A stretch of 64,000 bases of DNA from an uncultured virus (IMG/VR IMGVR_UViG_3300013093_000023) (IMGVR_UViG_3300013093_000023:1-64000), one strand, 5' to 3'; positions 48,542-58,351 are shown, numbered from the stretch's first letter. A program made the numbers and translations. The notes: generated by a model not told the origin, from the sequence alone.

Positions 48542-49720
48542 TTATTGGAATGATAAGTTTGCTACAGCAATCTCACCAACGTAGTCGCCAGCGTTACCTA
48601 GAGATGATGCTGTGTTTGTTAACTCAACATATCCATAACGTGTCATAAACGAAACTACTGGTTCGAATGTGCTTGGGTCTAGAACAACACCAGAGCTCAT
48701 CAATGGGATATAAGGGCAATAGAACGCGGCAGCATCTGCCTCGCTAGAACCTTTGTAACCAACTAGAACTGCTTGGCTGTCGTTAGCATAACCGTCAACA
48801 TAAATCTTCATTGCGCCATTCAATGTACCAACAAACTTAGTGTTTGTAGGAGCTTCGAATGTACCTTCTGTTGTACGAGCAAATGCGCTAGTAGTAGCAG
48901 ATTGTAGAACTGTCAATGAAGCTGGAGAAACAACTGCCCAGTTACCTGCGCCACGACGTGTACGTTGTGCGATCAAGTTAGCTGTACGGTTGATTAGAAC
49001 TGCCAATGCGGCGTGTTCGTCACCAACGAAAGTTGCTGTACCAGAAACGGCAGATTGGTCAAATGTGTAATCAGTTGCGGCAAGAGCACGTAGAGAACCT
49101 AGAATTTCTTGGTCGATCTCAACTGTGATTTCTTGTGCTAAAGCAGCCATAATTTCTGCTTCAACATCCAAACCGTGCATAGATTGTGCATCTTGCGCGG
49201 CTTCAAATGTCCAACGAGCAGCCAATTTACGTGTCTTAGCTTCAACAACTTGTTTCAAGATTTGAACGTTGATACGGTTACCAGCTACGCCTTCAAGTGC
49301 CGCTGTTGAAGTAGCTTGACCAGTAGCGTTGCTACCAGAATATGCTACAGCGATCTTGAATGGTGATAAAGCTTCATCACCAGCTGTAACGCTAGTTGCA
49401 TAACCAGAACTATCAGTTACTGGATCAGCGTAACGTACACGTAGTGTATGAATTTGTGCTACTGGACCTGTCATTGGTTGTACACCAACGATTTCGTTAG
49501 CGATAACTGTTGGCATTACACGACGGATAACTGGTAGAATAACACGGTTAAGTGTTGCTACGTTACCTGCTTGTGTAGAGCCAGCTGTTGCGTTCTCAGC
49601 TAACATTTTACGAGTGTTTTCTAAAATCACACCCATTGTGGTGCGCTTAGAACCTTGTAGGCCTTCTAACAGGGCTTCTTTGGTCTCGCCCCAACGGCTT
49701 TCTAATAATGCTTGTGTCAT
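48542..49720 (-). CDS. gp23: Major capsid protein
   Basis: LPVIRRVMP..IA.EI.GVQPMTGPV.QI..LR.RY, VEAKTRKL.A.WT.EAAQD....HG.D.E.E, RRGAGN, FYCPYIPL, F.P...FMTRYG. Confidence 0.97.
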   Translation of the reverse strand: MTQALLESRWGETKEALLEGLQGSKRTTMGVILENTRKMLAENATAGSTQAGNVATLNRVILPVIRRVMPTVIANEIVGVQPMTGPVAQIHTLRVRYADPVTDSSGYATSVTAGDEALSPFKIAVAYSGSNATGQATSTAALEGVAGNRINVQILKQVVEAKTRKLAARWTFEAAQDAQSMHGLDVEAEIMAALAQEITVEIDQEILGSLRALAATDYTFDQSAVSGTATFVGDEHAALAVLINRTANLIAQRTRRGAGNWAVVSPASLTVLQSATTSAFARTTEGTFEAPTNTKFVGTLNGAMKIYVDGYANDSQAVLVGYKGSSEADAAAFYCPYIPLMSSGVVLDPSTFEPVVSFMTRYGYVELTNTASSLGNAGDYVGEIAVANLSFQ

Positions 49721-49745
49721 GATATTTCCTCTTTCCTTTTAGGGT

Positions 49746-50861
49746 TTAATTAAGCCCTGCTAAACGTTTCATTTCATAAACATTTGACATTACGTCGGAT
49801 GCTTGTGAATTGTCAACGGCAGTTTTAGCAGTTTTATCACCAGTAACTTCTACACGGCTCTCTGTTAAAGCAACCTTAACGGCTGGCTTAGCAACAGGGG
49901 AGTTGTTTAGAACTGCTGGTAGATACTTTTCGTATGCAGTCTGAAGACGATCAGTCTGTACACTTTCAAGAAGGTCACGCATAATTGCTGACTTTTCTTT
50001 GTTCAAAGGCTTCAACATTTCAGCAAGTTTTTCCTTGCGTTCTGCCGATTCCTTAATAATTTTGATTTCTGTTTCTTTTGATTCAACTATTGCTTTTTTC
50101 TCTTCAATTGCTGATACTGCTTCAGACAATTTAGTAGACAAGATACCAACAGTATCTTGTAGCTTGCGAATTTCTTTGTTCTCATTTAAGTGAGTACCAG
50201 CAAATTCACTAGCAAAAGCTTCGAATAGACGACGTCCAAACATATTCTCGCGAGCGAGTTGGATGTCTTCTTTCAGTTGAGTCAATTCTGACTCTAACGA
50301 ACTGGTTACAGCCTCTTTAACAGCGGCAGCAGATTGAGCAACAAATTTTTGTTGTAGTTCAGCTAATTTAGCTTTACCTTCGGCAACCAAACGAACCTTA
50401 GTTTCCACTACGGCCTGTTTATCTGCTTCAAACTCTTTGATTTCTTCTGCCAGCGCACGGATTACAAAGTTTTCTAGTTTGCTTACAGCACCTTCGTATA
50501 CTTTGCGATCGCTACGTAGTTCACGGATTTCTTCAGATAATTTTGATACCATAAAGTTGTTGAACTTTTCTGCGCTTTCGACCATATGTGTTTTAAATTT
50601 AACACGGTCTTCTGCTAATTGTTGTTTTTCGTCTGCAAACTCTTTGAGTTCAGCAGTGAGAGACTCTGTTACCATTTTGTCTAGAGCTTCAACCATAACT
50701 TGCTTGTCATGTGAATAACGTTGTGCGAATTCTTCACGTAGTTCAGCACGAACTTGTTCTTTGGCTTCAGTAATACGAGCTTCCCAAGCCTCAGAAATCG
50801 CTGTGCGAGTTTCTTCGTTAATAATTCCGTTATCCAACAATGGTTTGATAGCATCTAACAT
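49746..50861 (-). CDS. gp22: Prohead core scaffolding protein
   Basis: Long Glu-rich coiled coil between protease and capsid genes; FGRRLFEAF. Confidence 0.85.
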   Translation of the reverse strand: MLDAIKPLLDNGIINEETRTAISEAWEARITEAKEQVRAELREEFAQRYSHDKQVMVEALDKMVTESLTAELKEFADEKQQLAEDRVKFKTHMVESAEKFNNFMVSKLSEEIRELRSDRKVYEGAVSKLENFVIRALAEEIKEFEADKQAVVETKVRLVAEGKAKLAELQQKFVAQSAAAVKEAVTSSLESELTQLKEDIQLARENMFGRRLFEAFASEFAGTHLNENKEIRKLQDTVGILSTKLSEAVSAIEEKKAIVESKETEIKIIKESAERKEKLAEMLKPLNKEKSAIMRDLLESVQTDRLQTAYEKYLPAVLNNSPVAKPAVKVALTESRVEVTGDKTAKTAVDNSQASDVMSNVYEMKRLAGLN

Positions 50862-50873
50862 TGGATATTTCTC

Positions 50874-51512
50874 CTATAGTTTTAAATCTTTGATTAGGCG
50901 TGTAATGCCTTCTTGTACATACTTCTGTACTCTTTGATTACTTCCGGCTTCACGTGCCATTTCAAATACCTGCATCCCTCCACGCATATTCATCAGACCT
51001 TCATAAATGGCCTTAGGATAAGCATGAGGAGCACTAGGTTGCGCTACAATGTCCACGGTAATGATTTCAAAATCACTAACGTGTCCAGAACCTTCGTTAA
51101 CGTTACCGGATCCACGTGAGCTAACACCTAGTTTTACGCCTGATGTAATCATAGCTTCAACTAGCTTGCCCATTGGTGTTGGTAATATTTTTAACTTACC
51201 ATGACCGCAAGGACCATCCATCCACATTTCGCAGATCATATGGCTTACGCGATCAAGATTAATTTTTAGGTCATCTGGGTGGTCAACTTCACCTAATACA
51301 GAATAACCTTCTTTGACCTGATTATTAATAGTAGAGACAGCTTTTTCAATTTCGTGAACGGGATATACACGTTCGTTAGCGTTTCTCACGCCTCCTTCGA
51401 TGAATATCCCTTTCATATAGAGATCTTTTCCCTTCCCGTCGGCAGATTCAGTAGATTCAACTACTATATTTGCCCGGTCGAACGTCAAGTTCTCTTTTAG
51501 GTACAAAGCCAT
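50874..51512 (-). CDS. gp21: Prohead core protease
   Basis: LYMKGIF......NAN.R.YP, GE.DHP....INLDRVSH, ILPTPMG, GVSSRG.G, D.VA.PSAP.A. Confidence 0.95.
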   Translation of the reverse strand: MALYLKENLTFDRANIVVESTESADGKGKDLYMKGIFIEGGVRNANERVYPVHEIEKAVSTINNQVKEGYSVLGEVDHPDDLKINLDRVSHMICEMWMDGPCGHGKLKILPTPMGKLVEAMITSGVKLGVSSRGSGNVNEGSGHVSDFEIITVDIVAQPSAPHAYPKAIYEGLMNMRGGMQVFEMAREAGSNQRVQKYVQEGITRLIKDLKL

Positions 51513-51534
51513 TTTATGTTCCCTAATCTATTAA

Positions 51535-52566
51535 TTACTTCTTACCAGCATTTTGTTTCTGTACAGACTTGCTGTTTACAGGAACGCTACCGTCATTACC
51601 AACTGTTTTACCTTCTGGCTTGTGTTCTGTTTCATACTTTGTGCCAGTTGTTTCTAACTTGTCAGCCTTGCCACCTGGAACATTACGGTTACCAGATTTG
51701 ATTTCGCCTTGGCCTTTGTTATATTCGTTGCTTGCTTTAGTTGGGCTTGTGCCGTCTTGGTTTTGCTCGCCACCTTTAGGGGTAGCTGTGTGTCCACCAA
51801 AGTCTGCGCCTGGGCCTACTGAACCTGGCTTAGTGTTAACTGCAACTTTTTTACCGGCTGCACCAACAGCATCACCTTCGCTAGCACCTGTTAGATTCAT
51901 ATCTTGAATCTTGTCAACGTATTCGCGCATTAGTTCGCTTGTAGATTTTTTGCCTTCTGTTTTACCAGAACCGCTCTTACCAGACTTGCCAGATGCGGCA
52001 GAACCAGATTTACCTGATTGTGCTGAACCTGATTTACCAGAACCTTTTTTCAACCACTCTGGTTGCTCGCCTTCCATCATGCCTTGTTCAGCAAAAGCTT
52101 CTTCGCCGTGCTCGTCGCCCATTGCTGGCTCTTCGCCACCAAATTCGTCGTCCATAGCTGGCTCTTCGCTGTGCTCTTCACCGCCCATGATTTCGTCAAA
52201 CTTAGCTAATAGCTCGTCCAACTTAGCGTCGATGTTCATTACAACTTCATCGTGACCTTCTTCACCGGCTGGCTCTTCTTCACCGCCGAAAGCTGGCTCT
52301 TCGCCGCCTTCTTCGCTGTCGTGATCACCGCCGAGTTCAAATTCTTCACCCTCTTCATCATCTTCGCCCATGGCTTCTTCGTGGCCTACTTCGTCAACCA
52401 TATCTTCAACCTGGTTTCCGGCTACGTTTTCTTCCATTTGCTCTTCGTCCATAATGGACTCATAGATGTCGCGGGATTTTTCTACTACGATATCGTGAAA
52501 CAACTCACGTGCTTTTTGATCTTCATCATTAATGATGTATTCAATTAATTTTTCAAACTTGTTCAT
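51535..52566 (-). CDS. Acidic low-complexity prohead core protein (gp67/68-like position)
   Basis: Glu-rich EEPA repeats and SGKSGS repeats. Late box at 52599-52605 and GGAG SD. Confidence 0.65.
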   Translation of the reverse strand: MNKFEKLIEYIINDEDQKARELFHDIVVEKSRDIYESIMDEEQMEENVAGNQVEDMVDEVGHEEAMGEDDEEGEEFELGGDHDSEEGGEEPAFGGEEEPAGEEGHDEVVMNIDAKLDELLAKFDEIMGGEEHSEEPAMDDEFGGEEPAMGDEHGEEAFAEQGMMEGEQPEWLKKGSGKSGSAQSGKSGSAASGKSGKSGSGKTEGKKSTSELMREYVDKIQDMNLTGASEGDAVGAAGKKVAVNTKPGSVGPGADFGGHTATPKGGEQNQDGTSPTKASNEYNKGQGEIKSGNRNVPGGKADKLETTGTKYETEHKPEGKTVGNDGSVPVNSKSVQKQNAGKK

Positions 52567-52663
52567 GAGAACTCCTTATATAAGTGGCTTTGTAGTATTA
52601 TTTACAAAACTACGTATATTTTGGGGTTAAATGGGTGTTTTTTGAAGGATTTTGACGGAATAA

Positions 52664-52897
52664 TTACAGACCCATCGGGCCTGCGCCTGCTTCCGGTGCT
52701 GGTGCGTACTGTTTAGCTACTGCTTCTAGCTTCTTTTCGTGTTCCAGTTTACGCACATCGTGACTCTGACGTAGCTGGTTTAGGTGTGCTAGTGTAAGGC
52801 GAGTTTTGCGACTATCAGACATTTTAGCCACGCTTTGATCGGCTTTTTCGTCGTGATAGCCGTCGGGTGATTGGTCAAATAGTTCCATTATATTCAT
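52664..52897 (-). CDS. Small head-cluster protein
   Basis: RKTRLTL..LN.LR motif. GTTAAATA 5 nt before ATG. Confidence 0.75.
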   Translation of the reverse strand: MNIMELFDQSPDGYHDEKADQSVAKMSDSRKTRLTLAHLNQLRQSHDVRKLEHEKKLEAVAKQYAPAPEAGAGPMGL

Positions 52898-52921
52898 GTT
52901 AGTATTTAACCTTTTTTCAAT

Positions 52922-54613
52922 TTAAAGTGGACCGCCACCTGCGGCTGCACCGGGGCCAGCTGGGCTTCCGGCCATTTCTTGTCCGGCAGGAGCGCCTACT
53001 CCTGTGTCTTGTCCTAGTCCATCTAGTTCAGCATCAACACGACCTGGGGTAATGTTTACACCACCTAAGCTAGGAGCATCAGGTTTAGCTAGTTCAGTAT
53101 CGCCACGTTCTTCGGCCCAGGCTGTTTCGTTTTCACTTAGCTCTTGTTCACTCATACCTAAGTAACGTTTCATTAAGAAACGTTTGCTCAAATAAGGAAC
53201 CTGTTCTAACTGTGCGAAGTTAGTAATACGTGCGGCATCAATATCAGCCTGGCGATATTGAGCAAAGTTTTGCGGTTCATTGAATGTTAAATCAAATAAT
53301 GATCCATCAATATTAAAGCCTCTCCAACGCATAAACAGCTTAAACTCACTGTCTAACTTGTCGGCAATCATTGCCTGTAAACGCTGGCAATATTGGTTAA
53401 AGCGCCATTCTTGTATAAGTGCTGTACCAACACGACCGTCTGTGTAGGCCTGGCTACCGTCTTCGGCTGTAGTAGGCAAGTAGCTACTAGGAATACGCAA
53501 ACCACGGAATAACTTGTTGGTAAAGAAGCGTAAGTCTGTAATTTCGCCTAGGTTTTGTCCACCCTGTAGTACGTCCACTTTACTGCCACGGCCTTCGGCT
53601 GTTACCGGAAAGAAGTAGTCTTCGTTTTGGCTCAAAGGATTATATGTAGAATCCATCATACTTTGTCCGCCGGTGTTATTAGCACTAGGCATACGACGCT
53701 GATGAATTTCATTTTTAATACGTTCAACAAATGCCATGGCCATATGACTTGGCATATTACCTACGTCAATTGTAAACACACGACGCTCTGGAGCACGTTG
53801 TACACGATAGATAATAATACTATCTTCTAACAGTTCTTTTTGTTTAAACACCTTAAAGATGTTTTCTAATACAGAGTTACCAAATGGCCAATATACGTCT
53901 AAGCCTTCAGTTAGGCTAATATGAACCACGTGTTCGGCATTAATAACTGCTTCATTTTTACTGTGACTAAAACGTGAACCACCGCCAAATGGGCTTTGTG
54001 GTTGTGTATAGCTACCGCTTGGGCCACCAACCTGTGGGTGATTCATATATGTGTCTGTTGTAGCTACTGCTGTTACTGTTAAGTTTTGAAAGTTAGGATT
54101 TAGGTCTTTAACTAGGTACTGCTCGGGCTTTTTGCCTTCGCCTTCATTGACAATAACTTTAGTAACCTTAGACATTTCTGTCCAATATAATTTAAAGTTT
54201 TCTGGATCACGTAGGAACACTTGGTCTCCGTATTTGAATACGTTGCGTACCATTTTAAAGATACGCTTGTTAAATTCATTAAGTGCTACCCATTGTTGTA
54301 GCTGTTCTTTAATGATTTTAACTTCGTTATCACTAGGTTGTTCTTTGAACTTGACAGTAAACGCTGTGTGGTTTTCTAAGTTCTTTTGTGTACAGAATTC
54401 AGCAAGAATGTCTAGTGCGGCATTAACTTCTGAATCCATATCCATTTGTTCGTACTGATTGTAACGTTCAACACGATTTGGTTGACCAGTATACACTTCA
54501 GGTAACTGACTTTGATAGTTGCGATAACCAGGATCCGCTAATCGTCCGCCACCTAAGGGGCTGATGTTGCTAGGTAAGTTACTGGTTTTAAAGTATTTTT
54601 TCCAACCGGCCAT
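52922..54613 (-). CDS. gp20: Portal vertex protein
   Basis: Y..MD.D.EV.AALD, LLED.I.IYR.QRAPERR.F.IDVGNMP...A, EDYFFP....GRG..V..L.GG.NLG.I.D...F..KL.R.L.IP.S. GATAAATA at 54634-54641. Confidence 0.96.
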   Translation of the reverse strand: MAGWKKYFKTSNLPSNISPLGGGRLADPGYRNYQSQLPEVYTGQPNRVERYNQYEQMDMDSEVNAALDILAEFCTQKNLENHTAFTVKFKEQPSDNEVKIIKEQLQQWVALNEFNKRIFKMVRNVFKYGDQVFLRDPENFKLYWTEMSKVTKVIVNEGEGKKPEQYLVKDLNPNFQNLTVTAVATTDTYMNHPQVGGPSGSYTQPQSPFGGGSRFSHSKNEAVINAEHVVHISLTEGLDVYWPFGNSVLENIFKVFKQKELLEDSIIIYRVQRAPERRVFTIDVGNMPSHMAMAFVERIKNEIHQRRMPSANNTGGQSMMDSTYNPLSQNEDYFFPVTAEGRGSKVDVLQGGQNLGEITDLRFFTNKLFRGLRIPSSYLPTTAEDGSQAYTDGRVGTALIQEWRFNQYCQRLQAMIADKLDSEFKLFMRWRGFNIDGSLFDLTFNEPQNFAQYRQADIDAARITNFAQLEQVPYLSKRFLMKRYLGMSEQELSENETAWAEERGDTELAKPDAPSLGGVNITPGRVDAELDGLGQDTGVGAPAGQEMAGSPAGPGAAAGGGPL

Positions 54614-54646
54614 ATATGTTCTCTCTTATACAGTATTTATCGCTAG

Positions 54647-57226
54647 TTAGATGAGAGACATACTAATATTTTCCGAAACATCCTTGTGCGCTTTAGTAAC
54701 TCGTACTAATTCTTTAACTTCATTGATTAATTCAGCCATTCCGGGCAACATACCATTTTTTAAAGGTGTAATTAATTCGTCGCGTCCGCCTTCGCCGACG
54801 TTAACGCCCACTCCGCCAGTTTTGGAACTAACAATAGCGCCATCTTTAAGTTCTGCGTGGAAATGGCCGCCAATGGCAGCATCACTCGGTTTAATATATT
54901 CATCGTCAACTGTTTTAAATCCAAGTGCTATAATAGCGGCTTTAATTGCTTCGGATCTTTTTAATATTGTTGGATCTGTGTCGTTTACCTTGGCGTTATA
55001 GCCAGGTATAGTGATATCCATTGCACGACCAATGCCGTGCTTTGAATTGCGATGTGGGGCAAATGTTGTAGCATCGTTAGCTGATGATATCGTTGCGCCT
55101 TTTAAAGGATTGTTGGCATCAGTTTGTGCTTTTGCTAAGTTAGTGATTGCGGCCTGTAGATCTGGAGTGATTTGTCCGTATCCTTGTGCACCGTTAGTGT
55201 TTACTCCAGAGAAATCTGGAGTTTTTCCATCCTTAACACTAGGGATTCTACTAGATCCCCCATCTTTTCTTTTTTGATATTTTTCGTAGGCATCATAACT
55301 AGCAGTTCCAAGACCTAAGGCACCAGTGCCAATTATTGCTGTACTACCACCTAAGGTAAATGGTTCGGCGATTGCACCAACACCTATCATAACAGCACCA
55401 AGCAAACCTTGGGCAATATCTAATCCGTAGGCTTCCCAGAATCCCTCATCTTCACCTTTGTATTTGCCAATTTCTATATAAAAGTCTCTGAGAGCTTTAT
55501 CTAATGCTCCTAGGATTGCTGTAGTATAAAGAGCAAACTGTCCTAGTTCGTTTTTAGCCAGGTTTTGTAAAGTTATAGCAAAGTTCTGTGCAGTATGAGC
55601 GGCTTCAACCATTTGTGTTGTTAGGCCGTCATTGGCTGTTTTAAGACTCTCAGCATTTTGTTGTGCTTTTCTAACACCTTCTTCAGAAATTAAATCAGAC
55701 TTTCTAATTTGGTCGCTAAGTGCTTTGTTTAGTTCTGACATTCCGCCTGCAAGACCAGCAATACCAATTTGTGTAAATGTATCGATTTGTTTCATAAACA
55801 TATCGTTAGTTTTACCTTGTAGTTGCTGATTTTCTTCTAATTGTTTTTGTGTGCTTAGGTTACCAGATTTTATAGCTTCAACTGTTCCGTATATTTGCTC
55901 TGATATTGCCGCACTTTGACTTGACATTATCGCACCTTCAGTATTGATTACCTGACCAAGCAATAATCCTTCCATAACGCTTTTTTGCATTACCGGAGTC
56001 ATAGTAGCCATTGCAGCCAATGTCTTTTGATATGTGCCAGGAAACTGGTTTTCTAATTCCAATAACTTAGCCCGGAATGCCGCTTGTGTAGCTAACCCTC
56101 TAACTTCTTCCATTTTCTTACGTGCGTCTTCGCCTGTGATAGATGATATCACACGTAGATTTTTAGCGTATTCTTCGGTAGCTCTTGCTATGCCAGCCGG
56201 ATCTTTTATCATATCCGATCTAGATGCTCGCATATCTGCGATAGTCTCAGCTACTAGTTGAACCTGCTCTTCAAATCCGTAGCCAAGTCTTAATAAATTG
56301 TCAGTCATGTTAGTTGCCTTCATAACCTGACCAACTCTGCCAACCATCTTAACAGTCTCTGTAATACTCATACCAGAGGCAGCAAAAGTTTCTGTGTTCT
56401 TGGCTACAACATTTGATAACTGTGTAATTGTTAATCCAGCTTTATCAGCGGCATCATACATACCAGTCATGCCATTGGCAAATGTAGCACCTGCGGCTGT
56501 TAATTTATTAAACGATTCCATGGTCATTTCTAACTGCTTGACCATAAAGTTAACAATGAACTTACCAGTAGCCGTTGCCGCATCTGCTAGTCCGCCAAAT
56601 GCCATTGCTAAACCAGTTGTGGCTACTCCAAGAATTTTCCAATACCCTGGTAATACCTGGGTCATTCCCATACCAACGGCGCTCATACCAGCCGCCAGGG
56701 CCTGTGTACCAGCATTGGCTACATCCATAGCACCATTCATAACACCACCGGCTAGACTAAAAGCACTTGCTCCGCTTTGTAATCCGTTGGCTAAATTGCC
56801 CATCGACCTTGCGGCAATACCAACGGCCGACACACCAAATCCTGCTAGTGCTTTTGTGCTAGTTAATACTGTGTCTATAAAGGCTTTTTTTGCTATATTA
56901 GACTTTTGAGTAATTTCTAACTCTTTTTTCATTCCCTGCAACTGTTCACGTTGCTCGGCAGCCACTTCACCTGTTTTATCAGCTAATTCTTCAAGTTTAT
57001 CTTCAACGTCACTTATTTGATATGTTAGATCTTTAAACGCCGCTTTACCAGCTAGCATTCCTTTAGTGATATCTCCAAAGCTGGCTTTGTTACGTTTTAA
57101 TGCGGCTTCAAACTTAGCCATTTCTTCAATAGGGTCACCCTTGAAGGTTGGTCCGCCAAACGAACCACGCGATTCCCGCATAGCATCCATAAATGCTTGT
57201 TTTAGATCATCTTTACTAAAGTCCAT
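54647..57226 (-). CDS. Tape measure protein with C-terminal M15/LAS-type peptidase-like domain
   Basis: Long Ala-rich helical protein with hydrophobic segments. C-terminal SKHGIGRAMD...GGHFHAE, then VGEGGRDELITPL. Confidence 0.75.
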   Translation of the reverse strand: MDFSKDDLKQAFMDAMRESRGSFGGPTFKGDPIEEMAKFEAALKRNKASFGDITKGMLAGKAAFKDLTYQISDVEDKLEELADKTGEVAAEQREQLQGMKKELEITQKSNIAKKAFIDTVLTSTKALAGFGVSAVGIAARSMGNLANGLQSGASAFSLAGGVMNGAMDVANAGTQALAAGMSAVGMGMTQVLPGYWKILGVATTGLAMAFGGLADAATATGKFIVNFMVKQLEMTMESFNKLTAAGATFANGMTGMYDAADKAGLTITQLSNVVAKNTETFAASGMSITETVKMVGRVGQVMKATNMTDNLLRLGYGFEEQVQLVAETIADMRASRSDMIKDPAGIARATEEYAKNLRVISSITGEDARKKMEEVRGLATQAAFRAKLLELENQFPGTYQKTLAAMATMTPVMQKSVMEGLLLGQVINTEGAIMSSQSAAISEQIYGTVEAIKSGNLSTQKQLEENQQLQGKTNDMFMKQIDTFTQIGIAGLAGGMSELNKALSDQIRKSDLISEEGVRKAQQNAESLKTANDGLTTQMVEAAHTAQNFAITLQNLAKNELGQFALYTTAILGALDKALRDFYIEIGKYKGEDEGFWEAYGLDIAQGLLGAVMIGVGAIAEPFTLGGSTAIIGTGALGLGTASYDAYEKYQKRKDGGSSRIPSVKDGKTPDFSGVNTNGAQGYGQITPDLQAAITNLAKAQTDANNPLKGATISSANDATTFAPHRNSKHGIGRAMDITIPGYNAKVNDTDPTILKRSEAIKAAIIALGFKTVDDEYIKPSDAAIGGHFHAELKDGAIVSSKTGGVGVNVGEGGRDELITPLKNGMLPGMAELINEVKELVRVTKAHKDVSENISMSLI

Positions 57227-57236
57227 GTTTTTGCGC

Positions 57237-57271
57237 CTATAAATATACTCGAGTATATCAACTATTTATAG
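57237..57271. promoter_or_regulatory. Face-to-face late promoters TATAAATA (+, 57238-57245; -, 57263-57270) around a 16-bp palindrome
   Basis: CTATAAATA...TATTTATAG, with ATATACTCGAGTATAT at 57243-57258. Confidence 0.75.
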
Positions 57272-57281
57272 GAATCAAAAT

Positions 57282-58136
57282 ATGGATACAAAACCAATTA
57301 ATCCTTTGGTCAAGCATTTTAGACGCCCAACAATTTATTTCAAATTACCAAGCAACGGACGTTTTTGGCCAGACGACGCACTAGATTTACCAGTAACTGG
57401 AGAAATCCCGGTTTATCCAATGACAGCCGGAGACGAAGTAACACTAAAAACTCCCGACGCACTAATGAACGGCAACGGTATAGTAGATGTTATTAAAAGC
57501 TGTTGTCCAAATATCAAAGACCCCTGGCAAACACCTAGCGTTGATGTTGACTCTATTTTGATTGCTATACGTGTTGCTAGTTATGGACAACTTATGCCTA
57601 TCAATGCCAAGTGCCCATATTGCGACCACGAGCACGATTATGATGCCGATTTATCAGTAGCCAGTAGCGGAATTAAATGCCCGGACTACGATACTACAAT
57701 TGAATTTAACGATTTAAAAATTAAACTACGTCCGCAAAAATATTTTAACGTAACTAAATCAAATATTATTAATTTTGAAGAACAACGTATAATCCAATCT
57801 TTACAAGATACTAGCATCACAGAAGAAGTTAGAAATGCTAAACTTAAAGAAAGTATGAGGAAAATAGTTGATTTAAACAATCAACTAATTGTTTCTGCTA
57901 CAGAATACATTGAAACAGATGATGGCTCTAGAGTAACCGACGAAGAGTTTATTAAAGAATTTTATCAAAACGCCGAAGCCCAGATTACTAGATTAATTGA
58001 AGCAAGATTAACCGCTATTGCTAATGAAGCCGCTATCCCACCATTTAAACTTAAATGCACAGAAACAGACTGTGGCAAAACATTTGAAGTACCAATGGAG
58101 TTTGACTACTCACGTTTTTTCGCGATCGGCTCTTAA
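57282..58136 (+). CDS. gp26: T4 gp26-like baseplate hub / tail assembly chaperone
   Basis: Reads on the PLUS strand (ATGGATACAAAACCA at 57282; the track label is wrong). LPS.G, PMT..DE..L, D.D.IL.AIR..SYG, CPYC and C....C Zn pairs, ends ..FFAIGS. Confidence 0.85.
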   Translation: MDTKPINPLVKHFRRPTIYFKLPSNGRFWPDDALDLPVTGEIPVYPMTAGDEVTLKTPDALMNGNGIVDVIKSCCPNIKDPWQTPSVDVDSILIAIRVASYGQLMPINAKCPYCDHEHDYDADLSVASSGIKCPDYDTTIEFNDLKIKLRPQKYFNVTKSNIINFEEQRIIQSLQDTSITEEVRNAKLKESMRKIVDLNNQLIVSATEYIETDDGSRVTDEEFIKEFYQNAEAQITRLIEARLTAIANEAAIPPFKLKCTETDCGKTFEVPMEFDYSRFFAIGS

Positions 58137-58351
58137 CACTCTCTAACGAGGAGACTATAGATCTCCTTAATCGTTACGAAAGAGATGCAAGGGCCGTTAA
58201 AGAAGAAGCACTTAAAATGAGTTGGTTTATGCGTGGTGGAATAAGCTACGACGAAGCTATGATGTTAAGTAATCAAGAGCGCGAGATTATTGCTAGTATT
58301 ATTAAGAAAAACATGGAAACCACTAAAGAATCGGGTTTACCATTCTTTTAG
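58115..58351 (+). CDS. gp51-like C-terminal frame, probably reached by -1 frameshift from gp26
   Basis: Not in ORF track. -1 frame: FFRDRLLTLSNEETIDLLNRYERDARAVKEEALKMSWFMRGGISYDEAMMLSNQEREIIASIIKKNMETTKESGLPFF*. Confidence 0.7.
   Translation, partial: FFRDRLLTLSNEETIDLLNRYERDARAVKEEALKMSWFMRGGISYDEAMMLSNQEREIIASIIKKNMETTKESGLPFF

Noticed and set aside
57282..58136. ORF track labels this ORF as minus strand
   Set aside because: The listed protein MDTKPINP... reads directly from the plus strand (ATG 57282, TAA 58134-36), with a plus-strand promoter and SD. Annotated as plus.
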